Source: Eledone cirrhosa (Eukaryota). From it: a DNA stretch of 64,000 bases. Shown in pieces: positions 39,321-52,479 of this stretch. How positions within the stretch are numbered: the stretch's first letter is position 1; each line of letters opens with the position of its first letter. The translations under genes and the position numbers were made by a program. Under the pieces are notes generated by a model. It saw only the letters and a list, made by a program, of their open reading frames with translations. It was not told the DNA's origin and did no database searches. The stretch spans positions 256,866,001-256,930,000 of the forward strand of contig OZ024740.1 of the NCBI GenBank assembly GCA_964016885.1, given 5' to 3'.

Positions 39321-40141
39321 CGGCTGTTACTTAAATATAAGTATGTATCCGTACATACATATATGTATACAGACGTACAGTAGTATGTATATATATATAC
39401 ACATACATGCACGCATATATATATGTACGTATGGATTCACCGAACATTTATTATAATGCTCGGTGTGTTTGTAAAGAAACATCCCGAATTAAGCTGTACA
39501 GTGTCTAGCAACCATCGTTGCTTATTTGTTCAACACTGACACAGGAACGCTGTACTAGTTTCAAGCTTATTAGCTATCGTCAGCAACGTATACCTTCCTG
39601 CCACATGATTGAACGTCTGAAAGTGTATACTTTCCTTATGCATATTAACGGCTGAGCAGCCTAATTTGCATATCGAGTGCATACATATATGTATGTACGG
39701 ATACATACTTATATTTAAGTAACAGCCGTACTAAGAGTGAGAAATGAAATTTCGTTTCATTTTTTCCGTGTATCGCTTTCGGTGCGCCCGGCCGATTAAC
39801 TCATTCGATATGCAAATTAGGCTGCTCAGCCGTTAATATACATAAGGAAAGTATATACTTTCAGACGTTCAATCATCTGGCAGGAAGGTATACGTTGGTG
39901 ACGATAGCTAATCAGCTTGAAACTAGTACAGCGTTCCTTTGTCAGTGTTGAACAAATCAGAAACGATGGTTGCTAGACACTGTACGGTTTAATTCGGGAT
40001 GTTTGTTTACAAACACACCGAACATTATAATAAATGTTCGGTGAATCCATACGTACATATACATATGTGTGCATGTATGTATATATATATATATACATAC
40101 TACTGAAAGTATGTATACATATATGTATGTACGGATACATA

Positions 40142-40148
<7 letters not shown>
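39321..40148. mobile_element. Fold-back of a ~434-nt hammerhead-containing unit
   Basis: Arms 39335-39679 and 39802-40148. On the plus strand, gtacggatacatacttatat repeats at 39695 and 40129. Confidence 0.85.
39547..39589 (-). ncRNA. Minimal type I hammerhead ribozyme
   Basis: ACGUUG-CUGACGA-uAGCUaauaAGCUu-GAA-ACUAGU-A^CAGCGU. The mirror copy at 39892-39934 has a C3>G change. Confidence 0.75.
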
Positions 40149-40186
<38 letters not shown>

Positions 40187-40379
40187 ATAATATTAATGAA
40201 AGTAAAATTTTTACTCATTTACTAGGTATATCTTAGCTCAATGCAATGATAGGATCATGCAGAACCGCTATTTAGTTAGAATTTGCTTACAAGATACACA
40301 TTTGTATTTTAATTAAACTCTGATGACAATCATAATTTATGCTCACCAATGGCAAATTTTATATGTATACACACACACT

Positions 40380-40539
<160 letters not shown>

Positions 40540-40559
40540 CATATATATAGATATATATA

Positions 40560-42420
40560 CATTCACAGCGCCATTTATATTAGACGCAGTCAAACTTATT
40601 CTGGAAAACAACATTTTCTTCTTCAAAGGAAAGAATTACATCCACATTAGAAGCACAGCGTTGGGAACGAAGTTTGCTCCCGTTTACGCGAACTCTGTAA
40701 TGGGATACTTAGAACAACAACTCTACCAAGAAATAAAGGAAAAATATAGCACTGACTTTAGAAAGAACATTGAAAAGTCTTGGAAGAGATACCTTGACGA
40801 CTGTTTCATCATCTGGACAGAATATCTAGATATTCTGGATGAGTTCAATATCCTCCTGAATAACCTACATCCATCTCTCCAATTCACATAAGAGATGAGT
40901 AGTACCGAATTACCATTCCTAGATATAATGATAATCAAAACCGACACCACCATTACCACGGATATATATTATAAACACGCAGACACCCATCAATATCTGA
41001 ATTTTAATCGTGCCATCTACCTCATACAAAACGCAACATCCCATACTGCCTAGCCCGAAGAATTTTTACTATTGTAGAAGATACGAATACCAGGCACAAA
41101 CGCCTAACAGAACTGAGAGAATTTTTGCTTAAACAAAAATACCATCTCTACTTATAGAAAATGGCATATAGCGGGCTAAAAAAATACCTATACAACAACT
41201 TAGGACAACCCAAGGAAGGAGAAACCAAGAACTGGTCATACCATTTATAATGACACACAACCCATGTAACCAGACTATCTTCAACACTGCCAAAGGAAAC
41301 CTACCGATCATTGCTCAAAGTAATGAATTAAAAGGCTTAATCACAGACCGATCTTTGACTCTTAGTAAAAGACAGCCGAAAAATTTGAAGCAATTACTAA
41401 CAAAGGCAAAGTTTAACCTTAACAACAAAGACCAATCATTCAATGTATCCAAATGCAGTGATAGTCGATGTGGCACATGTCAATCCATACACACGGTCAA
41501 TATATGAACACAAAAACTGGAAAAATATTCCCAAATGCAAATGTGAACTGCAAAAGCAAAATCTAATTTACTGCATTAAATGCCCGAATTGTGAAGAACT
41601 ATATGTCGGTCAAACTGGAAATGCACTATCGGAACGTGCACGGGTGCACCGACAGCAAATTAGAGACCCAAATGTCCGTCAGATACCCCTGAGTAACCAT
41701 CTAGCAACATGTGGTCAGAAAATATTCATAATATTTCCATTCTACAAATTACACAGCCCAAGTGAAATCAAGAGAAAAATTAAAGAAAAGAATTTTATTG
41801 ATGAATTCTAACCCAAGCTAAATGAACAATAATAATGCCTAGAGGTATTACTCCTACTATGACTACGCCTACGAACATGTTGACTACCACCATAACAACA
41901 ACAACAGTAATAATAATAATAAAAGTGATGTTGATGGTGATTATTACTGAAGACTTTTTATAAAAACCCTAGAAAATACTATTTTTATCATTTCTAAAAA
42001 TAGCAAAACAATTGATGCTTTGGATAGGGTCAAATAGAAGTCGTTAGACATGCTCAACCAACCGAGACGCCTAAACCAATCAGCTTTAGTAATCCAGTGA
42101 AACTACACACGGATTGGTCGAAATACAGTTTGCAAACTTAGCATTCTGTAGCCACTTTTCACTGTATATAAGGCACAAACTTTACCCATCTCATTAAAGT
42201 TGAAAATTGCAAACTTGACAGTCACCACATAATATTAACCTGAAGATTGCGAAAGCATGAAAGTACTTGTTCAATTAACACTTAACATTTAATATTCTAA
42301 CATACTATTTCATTCTAATACCATTATACATTTTAAAGGATTGTAAATAAAACGAGTAAATCAGACAAAGTTGGAATTCCTTTTATCAATACAATCCTCT
42401 ATACACAATCATACACACCC
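40560..42420 (+). mobile_element. Penelope-like element (Neptune-type RT + GIY-YIG), 5'-truncated and inactivated
   Basis: [39 protein letters not shown] and NLIYCIKC..LYVGQTG..ERARVHR motifs; flanked by (TA)n-rich tracts. Confidence 0.9.
42237..42271 (+). ncRNA. Hammerhead ribozyme in the PLE 3' pseudo-LTR
   Basis: AAC-CUGAAGA-uUGCgaaaGCAu-GAA-AGUACU-U^GUU. Confidence 0.7.
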
Positions 42421-42736
42421 GTCTATATTGATTTATATATCTATATCTATATATACACATATATACATATATATATACATATATATACATATATACATAG
42501 ATATATATACATATATATACATATATATACATATATATACATATATATACACATATATATATATATACATATATACATATATATATACATATATACATAT
42601 ATATATATATACATATATACATATATATATACATATATATACATATATATATACATATATATACATACATATATATACATAGATTTATATATACCTATAT
42701 ATACATATATATATACATTTATATATACACATATAC

Positions 42737-42773
<37 letters not shown>

Positions 42774-42777
42774 CACG

Positions 42778-43563
42778 AAGGAATTGTGATAAGGAACCAG
42801 ATGGACCATAAGGCACCAGAGTACTCAATACTTAGGGTAGTAGAGTGGGTAATAGGAAAAGGTATGACTCCGACGGCAGAGCTCAAGCCGTTTCGACGGC
42901 TATTTCTGGACTAAGTAAGCATTTTTAGCCTGGTAAATAAATAGCCGAACATATCAAGCGGTACTTCTTTATATGGGAAGATTGTAGTTGTCAAGTGGAT
43001 TGGTCAAAAATTTGTTGTAAACACAAATATATCTATCATGGCATTTGGTGGGAGGTAGGGTGGCTGAACTTGCCGGTAGAACAAAGATGGAGTGAGTAAA
43101 GCCAGTCAGGAGTTGAAAGTGAAATCTATACAGCAGATTCTAAGGATAGTGTATGAAAAGTCAAAAATTTGTTCTGGAGAAGAGGAGGAGGGGAGTTTAA
43201 AGAATAGGTAAGTCGAATGGGTGTAGGATACAATGAAAATAAAAAAAAATATTTATATAAAATTAGATAGTGAGATCCTTTGAATCTGCTGTATAGATTT
43301 CACTTTCAACTCCTGACTGGCTTTACTCACTCCCTCTTTGTTCTACCGTCATGTACAGCCACCCCACCAAATGCCATGATAGATTTATTTGTGTTTACAA
43401 CACATATTTGACCAATCCACTTGACAACTACAATCTTCCCATATAAGGAAATACCCCTTGATAAGTTCGGCTATTTATTTAACAGGCTAAGCATTCTAAT
43501 TTAATCAAGAAATAGCCGTCGAAACGGCTTGAGCTCTGCCGTCGGGGTCATACCTTTTCCAAT
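42778..43563. mobile_element. Fold-back element, ~290-bp arms
   Basis: Arms 42853-43147 and 43275-43563; carries the GTCGAAACGGC..GCCGTC motif; TA flanks. Confidence 0.85.
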
Positions 43564-43577
43564 ATATATATATATAT

Positions 43578-43697
43578 ATATTTATTAAAATAACAGATTA
43601 AAGTTTAAGCAAAGAATCGCTGCTTTCACCCTTAACGGGATCTTCTGAAACTAACAAAGTCAATGCTTAAACTTTAATCTGCTATTTTAATAAATAT
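43578..43697. repeat. Small fold-back (33-bp arms)
   Basis: atatttattaaaataacagattaaagtttaagc / gcttaaactttaatctgctattttaataaatat. Relative at 55715-55791. Confidence 0.7.
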
Positions 43698-44410
43698 TTG
43701 CTCTACGGTTCTTATATATTTGATATATATTTATCCTTATCGAGCCCCCTTTGGATTTTAGTCTTCAAATTTATTATTATTACTATATATATATATATGT
43801 TTTATTTATATATTTTTTTTTTTTTAATGCAACACGTGGTTCGAGTCATTCTCAGATTTGCATTTGCTTTGTCAACGCAGATAGTTATTTTCTTCTCCTT
43901 TGGTGACCATCCAGGATATTTGACTACTCTGATTTACTGATTAATTGGTGAAATATATTTCTTACTTAAAGAAATGTATACAAAGGAGATTAATCATTTT
44001 AAAAGGTATCTATATTTGAAGTTCTAGTTAAACCTTAATTAGTTACCTACCTAGCTATGTGTGCTTGCATTCTTTAACAATTATTCCCTGTGATTGTTCC
44101 ATGTATTTATTTTATATAAATATATGTGAATCTATTTCTAGTTGAAATGTAATGCTCCGATCTATTCATTGGAATCTTTGAGCTTATTCTACAGTGGATA
44201 TGGCGCATGTCTCTCAGATATGACAACCCTTAATTTAATTTTGGATATATATATATTGTTATACTTTGGGAGGGTCATGTTGCCAATAAGAAACACACGC
44301 ACCAGTTGTTTCACTTCAATTTAATTTATTATATATTTATAAATTTACAAATTTATAAATTTCTGGTTGGTTGGTTGGTTCCACAACCAGATAGTTGTTT
44401 ATATATATAT

Positions 44411-44455
44411 AGTCATAGTTCTTTCGTCACACACTCTGTGACCTCTTCAGTGACT
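44411..44455 (-). ncRNA. Type I hammerhead ribozyme
   Basis: AGUCA-CUGAAGA-gGUCACAgagugUGUGAC-GAA-AGaaCU-A^UGACU. Confidence 0.8.
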
Positions 44456-45419
44456 GGGGATTTCTTTCTTCGTTTCTGTGCCTTTCCTTTCTTCTATCCT
44501 ACGCCATTTTGTTTGTGTGTGGGTTGCGTGCTCAGTTTGCGCATGCGCCACATCCGGGTGTCTGTGTGTGTTTGTGTTCATTTTTCTATTTTTCTATTTA
44601 TATTTTTCTATTTGTTTGTTTATTTATTTATTTATTGTTGGTTGGTTGTTTGTTCTATGTGTGTGTGTGTTTTCATTTTGTCTTGTGTGTGTTTTCATTT
44701 TGTGTGTGTTTTCAATTGTAAGTTGTTTGTTTTATGTGTGTGTGTGTTTTCATTTTGTCCTTAATTGTAAGTTGTGATGTTGCTGTTCCACTCATATTTT
44801 CTATTTAATTTTGGTTTTAATTCTTTTATGCTTACTGCCTCTGTAATTTGCCTAAACATTGCGTCTTTCTTGTGTGTGGATTCTATTTTTATTTCTATGC
44901 TCTCTAATTTACCCCTGTGTTCTATCTTAGCATGTTGGTAGAGCACAGATGATTCTTTATTATCTTGGAGGTCTCGCCAGTGTTCATTTATTCGTTCCCC
45001 TATACTACGAGCTGTCTCACCTATGTACACTATATTTTTGTTTCTACATTGTCCTTCAGTACATCTTATGCTATATACTACATTTCTAGTTTTACAGTTA
45101 ATATGGGGGCTTATTTTACAGGTTATACATTTCTTATCTATACATGAGGGTCTTTGGAACGGGTATGTCTTGCTAATAAGTGTTTTTACGGAGGTACCAG
45201 GTCTTTCTACTATCTTAATATTGAGATTATGTTTCTTTAGGGCCCTTCTAAATTTGTAGGCTAGTTCGCCTCTAGGGGTTGTATTGATGAACATTACACT
45301 CTGGTATTTATTGCTATCATACCATGAGTTTATTCTATTGGCCTTGTTCTTAGTTCTTTCTATTCTATTCCAAAATTTGCTCCTATACAAAGGGCAGGTC
45401 CCATTTATGTCATTATTTA

Positions 45420-45421
<2 letters not shown>
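44411..45421 (-). mobile_element. Penelope-like element 3' portion (GIY-YIG endonuclease, 3'UTR, terminal HHR)
   Basis: [38 protein letters not shown], stop at 44761; (TA)n on both sides. Confidence 0.9.
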
Positions 45422-45498
<77 letters not shown>

Positions 45499-45565
45499 TA
45501 TATGTATATACATATATATATACATATATACATATACATATATATATATAAACATATATATATAT

Positions 45566-45687
<122 letters not shown>

Positions 45688-45917
45688 GTATATAATATAT
45701 ATATGTATATATATATATATATATATAAATAAACGAGAATCGTATTTCGGCTTAGGAATTAACGAAAACAACTTCCGAGATGTGTGGCAAGCGCTCAATA
45801 ATTCAGATGAATCACAGCTACAACATATGTTAAAGGCCAAACACACTGAGACGATAGTAAAACAAACATCCGCACAGCCAAAGAAACGACCAAGTAATTC
45901 GGGTCAAACAATAAAAA

Positions 45918-46287
45918 TATATATGAATGTATATATAGTGTATTTTGCAATACACTGTATGCTTAGTTAAAAGCATTTGAAGACCTTACGCTGTTGTTTT
46001 AAAATAGTGACAATGTCACTTATTTAAATTTTCAGCAAACAGGGGAGATAGACAGGGAGGTAAACTGACAGAGCTCTGTTTCGTACCTCCTTTTAGGAGG
46101 AGTAGTGGGCTTTGATAAGTACCAAAAAGTACGAAACAGAGCTCTGTCAGTTTATCTCCCCTGTTTGCTGAAAATTTAAATAAGTGACATTGTCACTATT
46201 TTAAACAATAGCGTATGGTCTTCAAAATGCTTTTAATTAAGCATACAGTGTATTGCAAAATACACTATATATACATTCATATATATA
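45918..46287. mobile_element. Fold-back element with a central degenerate hammerhead
   Basis: Arms 45918-46086 and 46129-46287. UUGAUAA-GUACcaaaaaGUAC-GAAACAGAGCUCUGUC at 46112-46148. Confidence 0.8.
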
Positions 46288-46318
46288 TCGCTATTTCAGA
46301 GCATCAATTCTAATTTAT

Positions 46319-46979
46319 ATTTGCAACGCCGCAGCTCCATTATTATCATATTTACACATATTTTTTCCTCTGCTGCCACCCGTCTGTTTCTCTGTTTGTA
46401 TCTTTACCCTTTCTAGCAGTCTCTCTCTCTGTTAGCCTCTTCCTCAACTTTCACTCACTCATACCCTGTCACTACCTCTCCTCCACTCCTCTTTCTTCCC
46501 GCTTGACCTGTCCGATTCCTTTTCTCGCGCACTCTTGGCCAAGCCGGTATGAATTTTTTTTTCTCTCCCTCTCGTCTGCGTCTTCACAAAACTTATGTTT
46601 ACCGAATTCGCAGACCAGACCCCTTCTTCTTCTTCCTCCCGTTAGGCCTGTGAGAAATTCCTTCCTTACTCACATTTCAACCAGGTCCGATGATCTTTAT
46701 TCTCTAGTAGTTCACGATTTTATCGAGTTTATATTCATAGAAATCTGGGACTTGTCTCTTTCCTCTCACTTTCTGTTGCTTAAACCATTTTGTTTGTTCA
46801 CCCTAACGTTCTCTTTATTTACGTGTCCCAACGACTTTTTTTAGCCGTTGTTCGCACCAACCTGAGGTATATGGCCCTTAAAGCGATGAAATGCCTGGGA
46901 CGGTTGGAGGGTCACTGATGAAGGACTCCCCCCCCCTTTTTTATATGTAACCCATTTGCAACGCCGCAGCTCCATTATT

Positions 46980-46986
<7 letters not shown>
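46319..46986 (+). repeat. 635-bp-period unit with a 33-bp terminal direct repeat
   Basis: atttgcaacgccgcagctccattattatcatat at 46319 and 46954; CTGATGA at 46915. Confidence 0.6.
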
Positions 46987-47017
<31 letters not shown>

Positions 47018-47124
47018 GGAAATGGTAGTTTAATTGAAACATTGCTTAGTGAGGTATAAACGTTTGAAGTTAGAAGGCCAAGTTTTGGGTTTCTAACTTC
47101 AAACTTTTATATATATATAAACGA

Positions 47125-47290
47125 GGGAGTCCCTAGATGGACACACTGGAAGAGGAAGACCAAGGTTAACGTATGTTGATGCCCTAAGGACAGACACTGG
47201 TCTGTTGGAGACGCAGGACATGGCAGCGATAATGAGGGACAGGGACCGCTGGAGAGATCTCGTCCATGGATCTCGGGAATTGTACCCGCC
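47125..47290 (+). mobile_element. LINE ORF2 C-terminal/3' remnant
   Basis: [26 protein letters not shown]. Confidence 0.65.
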
Positions 47291-47294
47291 TTAG

Positions 47295-47369
<75 letters not shown>

Positions 47370-47389
47370 TATCTATATCTATCAGAAAG

Positions 47390-47535
47390 GGTGTGGTAAC
47401 ATACCAGGTGGGCCATAACCAACCAGAGTACTCGATACCTGCGATAGTAGAGTGGGTAATATAAACAGATTCTAACTGTCGAATCTAGCTGTCGAAACGA
47501 CTGGAGCTCAGCCGTCGGGTTCCTGAATCTTTTCA
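47390..47535. repeat. Fold-back fragment of the GTCGAAAC..GCCGTC family
   Basis: Left part matches 42785-42860; right part matches 32740-32783. Confidence 0.6.
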
Positions 47536-47614
47536 TATATATGTATATATATATATACACACATTTAATATACATTTAAAGAGGGAGAGAGAGAGAGAGA
47601 GAGGGAGAGAGAGG

Positions 47615-47689
<75 letters not shown>

Positions 47690-47989
47690 AAAGAAGAAGT
47701 ATGTCCGTTAAAATGAAGTAGGTTGAGAGGGAAGAGAGCAGGAGGTATGTCGGTTTTCCGGGGAAATTAAGATATAATATCAATTATGGGGTGGTGTTCC
47801 ATCATGCGGCCATCTGGGAACGTTTACGTCTCCTTTTTCACCAACCACCCTACCCCACCTCACCAGCTACACCAATCTATTTACAAGTGTTCCAGCGTTG
47901 AATTATGGCAGTCAATGAACAATCACCATTATTCCAGTTAACGCGCAAGACTTTTTGGATACACATTCTCAGAGAGAACGAAGGGGCTT

Positions 47990-49075
47990 GTGTGCTGGTG
48001 GGTATGTGGTAGTAGTGTGTTGTTGTTGCTGTTAGTGGTGGTTGAAGTGAGGTAGGTGATGTGTTGGTGGGCGTGTGGTGAGGGTGTATTGGTGGGTGTT
48101 AGATGGTGGTGGGAATTAGGTAGGTGTGTGGTGGTTGCAGTGGTGGGTGTGTTGTATTAGATGTAAGAGGAGTGTGGTGGTGGAAGGGTGTCGGTGATGT
48201 TGCTGGGTGTGAGGTGTTGGTGGATGTGGGAATGGTGGTATCAAGGTGGTAGTGGTTGGAAATGAGTGTTTGTGTTGTGATTCTTGAGAGATCAAATAAG
48301 GAGGAAGTGTTGGTGTTGGAAGTCTTAGTGGTAGAAGTAGTAGTGTAGGAAGTATGGTGGTGGTGGTGGGACATACGTACTGGCTGTGAGAATGATAGTA
48401 GTTTGGATAGGGTGTTGCTTATGCTTCTCATGTGGCGGGAGCGTGTTGGTCATTGGTGTGTGATGGTGTGGGACTGTGATGGTGTGGGACTGTGATGGTG
48501 GGGAATGGTAGTGTTGAGGTGGTAATCAGTGGGAGAGTGTTGCTTGCCATCCCCACAAGCTAAGTGAAAAGATGGTGGTGGTAGTATTATGTTGTAGGTG
48601 TTAGGCAGTGTGTGAATATAGGGTTATTGTTGGGTTTGTGGAGGTGTTGGTAGTGGGAGTATAGTGTTGTTGCTGGTAGGATTGCATGGAAGTAACTTAG
48701 CGAAAATAGTGTATTATACTGATAGTGTGGTGGGAGTATAGCGTTCGGGGTGGTGAACGTCATAGTTTATTGATAATTGTGTTAGTGGGAATGTGTTGCG
48801 TTCTTAGTGGTAGTTATAGCAATGTTGGTGGGGTCCGGGGTAGTGTGGTTGTCGTGGTAGAGATCATGTTAGTGTGGTAGTGGTGGTGGGGGATAGGGGA
48901 AGTGTGCTGTTGAGGATCGTGGGGTATGATGGTAGTGGCTGTGGGAGTGTGGTGTTGTGGATGGGAGTATGGTAGAGATGATCATAGGAATGTGGTGATG
49001 GAGATGGTTTAAGTGTGGTGGTAGGGATGGTGGGAGTGCGGCGATGGGGATGTGACTATTTGAGTGGGGAGGATT
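47990..49075. repeat. G/T-skewed low-complexity tract (GGT/GTT-rich)
   Basis: Composition seen directly. Confidence 0.7.
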
Positions 49076-49511
49076 ATAAATACAATTGACAAATATAAAT
49101 GACGTTTTCATTTGATTTTGTAAATATCCGCACAAAACCCATTTTAACATAAACTTAACACGTTGAAGTTTGTGGATCTGGCCTGGTCGCAGCCAAGATA
49201 TTTATCTTTTAACTCCTCATGAAATTACATTAGCAAGACATTATTGAAATGTGTAAAACATAACTATAAATGCATCACAGGGATTTGGTTAATTTTCGTA
49301 GGCGTCGCTGCCCAATTTTTTCCATCACTTTTTACCTGCCATATTCAACTATATGTTATAGTTATATTTTCAAAGTTAGTCTTTACATTAAGTTGACTAA
49401 ATTTTCACAGCAATCTATCCTTTGGTAAAAACGCAACAAATATTCGAATTAAGATTATTTCTGCTAGATCAGGGAGTTAAGTATTAAAGACTATATTTGC
49501 TGTTGAATATT

Positions 49512-49554
<43 letters not shown>

Positions 49555-50446
49555 TTAAAATGGACAATAAGAGAAACACATTAAATTAGTGGGGTTTCTT
49601 ATCCAAAATTGTGAGATGACTAAGAAAGAAAAGAAGCCGATCGTCAGTTCGGACCAACAAAACAATATTTTCATTGATCCGCTCATCAGTTTGCTGATAA
49701 TATCTGTTGGTTTCAACTTCTGACAGAATGTAATGGGATTTAAATTCAGAATGCACAGAGTCTGGTCAATTATTACAAAATACCCCGTCTGACTCATTTA
49801 ACAAATGCGCCAATCTTTGACTGTTCTTTGACTGTTAATTTCTTTATCCACTCCAGATAAAAGAAAAGCAAAGGTAACTTCCTTGGAATTTGAACACAAA
49901 ACATAGAAAGCTAGAACGAATACCATGTCATTTAATCCGACATTCTACCGACTGACAAAAGCCGTACAATGATATGAAGAGATGAAAACGCAAAGATATG
50001 TGGGATCTATATGGAATCAAGGTAACTCTACTTTTGATATTTTTACGTGTCTGTCAACCTACGAGAAATAGCTGTCAAATTTCCCTCAAATTAGATCTGG
50101 AACATGTTGAACAATTATTTAAATGAAGTCCAGGAAATTCTACATTTGATATTTGTATGTGATTGGTCGACCTGCAAGAGATAGTTGTCGTATCTCCCTT
50201 AAACTACACCTGGCGGATTTAGGAAAGTCCACATTTGATAAATTCATTTCCTACATACTACTATTAAATTGGTTTGAACACGTTTAATCATAAGTTAGCT
50301 CGGATTGTACTGACACGGGGCTAAACAGTAACAACAACAACAATCACTCAATCTACTGGAAATATCAAAGAAGGGTCCCTTCAACCACACCCTACGCCTT
50401 AAAAAGAGAATGTGTTAGATCATAATTTTGCTGGGCCAGTGTGAAA

Positions 50447-50580
50447 ACGCATGGCTAAGTGGTTAGTTTGTGTGTTCTACTCACAATTATAAAGACATGT
50501 ATTCGTAATGTCCTTCAGCAAGACATGTTCTACTACGTTGCTGCAGTCCTCTCAGCTGAGTGGTACTAGTAATTCAAGGA
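50447..50580 (+). mobile_element. Degraded CORE-type SINE
   Basis: gcatggctaagtggttag...tgtccttcagcaagaca..cgttgctgcagtcctctcagctg. Confidence 0.5.
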
Positions 50581-51319
50581 ACCAGATTTGACCAGAACTC
50601 TTACACTGAATCTCCATGAGGACTGCGTTAAGGATACACATGTCTGGGCAGTTTTCAGCCATTTGCACTATAATTTGCCGAACAAGTTTTTCCGTTGACT
50701 GAAACAATTGGAACATTCTTCGTTGTAGTGGACGGAAGTCCAACAATACACAGACTATGCCCTCACCACTACCACCACTTGCATTCTTGCTTTGTATATC
50801 CTAGTTGCTCTTGGTTACTAAGTGATGCGTTGCTAATACAACTACAAGGTAAAGTAGGTTAAAAGAGTTGTGTACCTTGCTCAAGGGAGCGAATAATACA
50901 ACACAATAGCAATGATAGTTTCCTCAAACCGTGACCGTTTCGCCACATTTACCTATTGAATATACAGTGAAGATGATAATGACCTCATTATAGGTTTGTT
51001 CAGTGGAAACCATGGTATGGATTAAATGGTTCTCGGTAAACACATACAACACACACTTTACGCACACACGCACATACGCACACACATATACACACATGTA
51101 CATATACATACACTCTCTTTCACGTCTACATGCACAAAAAAGACCACATAAATACATATATAATATGATAATATAAATATATATATGTATATCAAAAATT
51201 AAAATTAAGGGTTGTCATGTCTGAGACATGTTGATATATATATGTTTATATATATATATATATACATACACATTATAAATAATATATTTATATATATATG
51301 TGTGTGTGTGCGTGTCTGC

Positions 51320-51440
<121 letters not shown>

Positions 51441-51800
51441 TGTGTGAGTGTGTGTGTGTGTGTGTGAGAGTTGGGAGTTACGAAAGGACAGGGGAGCTCA
51501 GAAAATATTGTCCCGCTTCACTTTGTCTTTCCACAATATTTTCTCATAATTTGTGATTTAAAACAGTGATGCTAATACGTAGAAATTGTCATTTCCATTC
51601 ACAGAAGTTACAGGACATATTCATATATTATTACATATTCATATATTTCTCTATTTTTCTCTATTTTTTTAGCCATCTATTTTTCTATCCACATCTCTTT
51701 TCCCTGCATCTATCTACCTCTCTTTCACATTCTCTAGTTAAAAGATCCAGGCACGGTACCAATGGTGAGTGAGAAATTTAGGATGTTACAAATAAATATT

Positions 51801-51855
51801 GTTCAAGTAAATATTGCTAGGAGATGACACATCTCCTAGCAATATTTACTTGAAC
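51801..51855. repeat. Perfect 26-bp hairpin
   Basis: gttcaagtaaatattgctaggagatg-aca-catctcctagcaatatttacttgaac. Confidence 0.9.
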
Positions 51856-52479
51856 TCAAAGAGCGACATTTTTAGAGGATGCATCCATCTCAAAACCCAA
51901 ATACTTCTTAAGTGGAAATATTCAAAAACTTCGGCTGATTCTTAACCACCTTGAATTAGTATATATACTTCCGTTATATCTTTTAATTCTTTTTCTCTTT
52001 CCTCACATATTACAATGCACTTTATATACTACTATAGTCGATACATTAATAAATATTACCGTCTCTATATTTATTCCACCACATGATACAATACTTATGC
52101 TATAGTATACGAACACAAACACGTGGTTGATCTCATAATTCATATTTATATCTTGGAGTTATTCCACTTAGTTTTATAACGTTATCTTTCGTAAACAAGC
52201 GTTATTAGCAAAATTCACTTATAACGGTAACTTATAAACTCGTATTAGCTCCCGAAGAAGGGTCACTATTTTGATACCTCTTGTTTTTTGGAGGTATGGT
52301 CAAATATGCACCTTGGAAAGGGTAGCGCCTTTGTTCCGTGTATGAACATATAGATAAATAATATATATATATATATATAAAAGTTAATTTTAGGGTTAAT
52401 GGTTTAATCAATACATATAAAAATATATATCGATAATGTTTATCAGTAAAAAGCTCTGTAATCATCTGTTCAGAGCATC

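Noticed and set aside
49555-50746. Short ORFs as host exons
   Set aside because: No recognisable domain or supported splice structure; 50552-50746 adjoins a SINE remnant.
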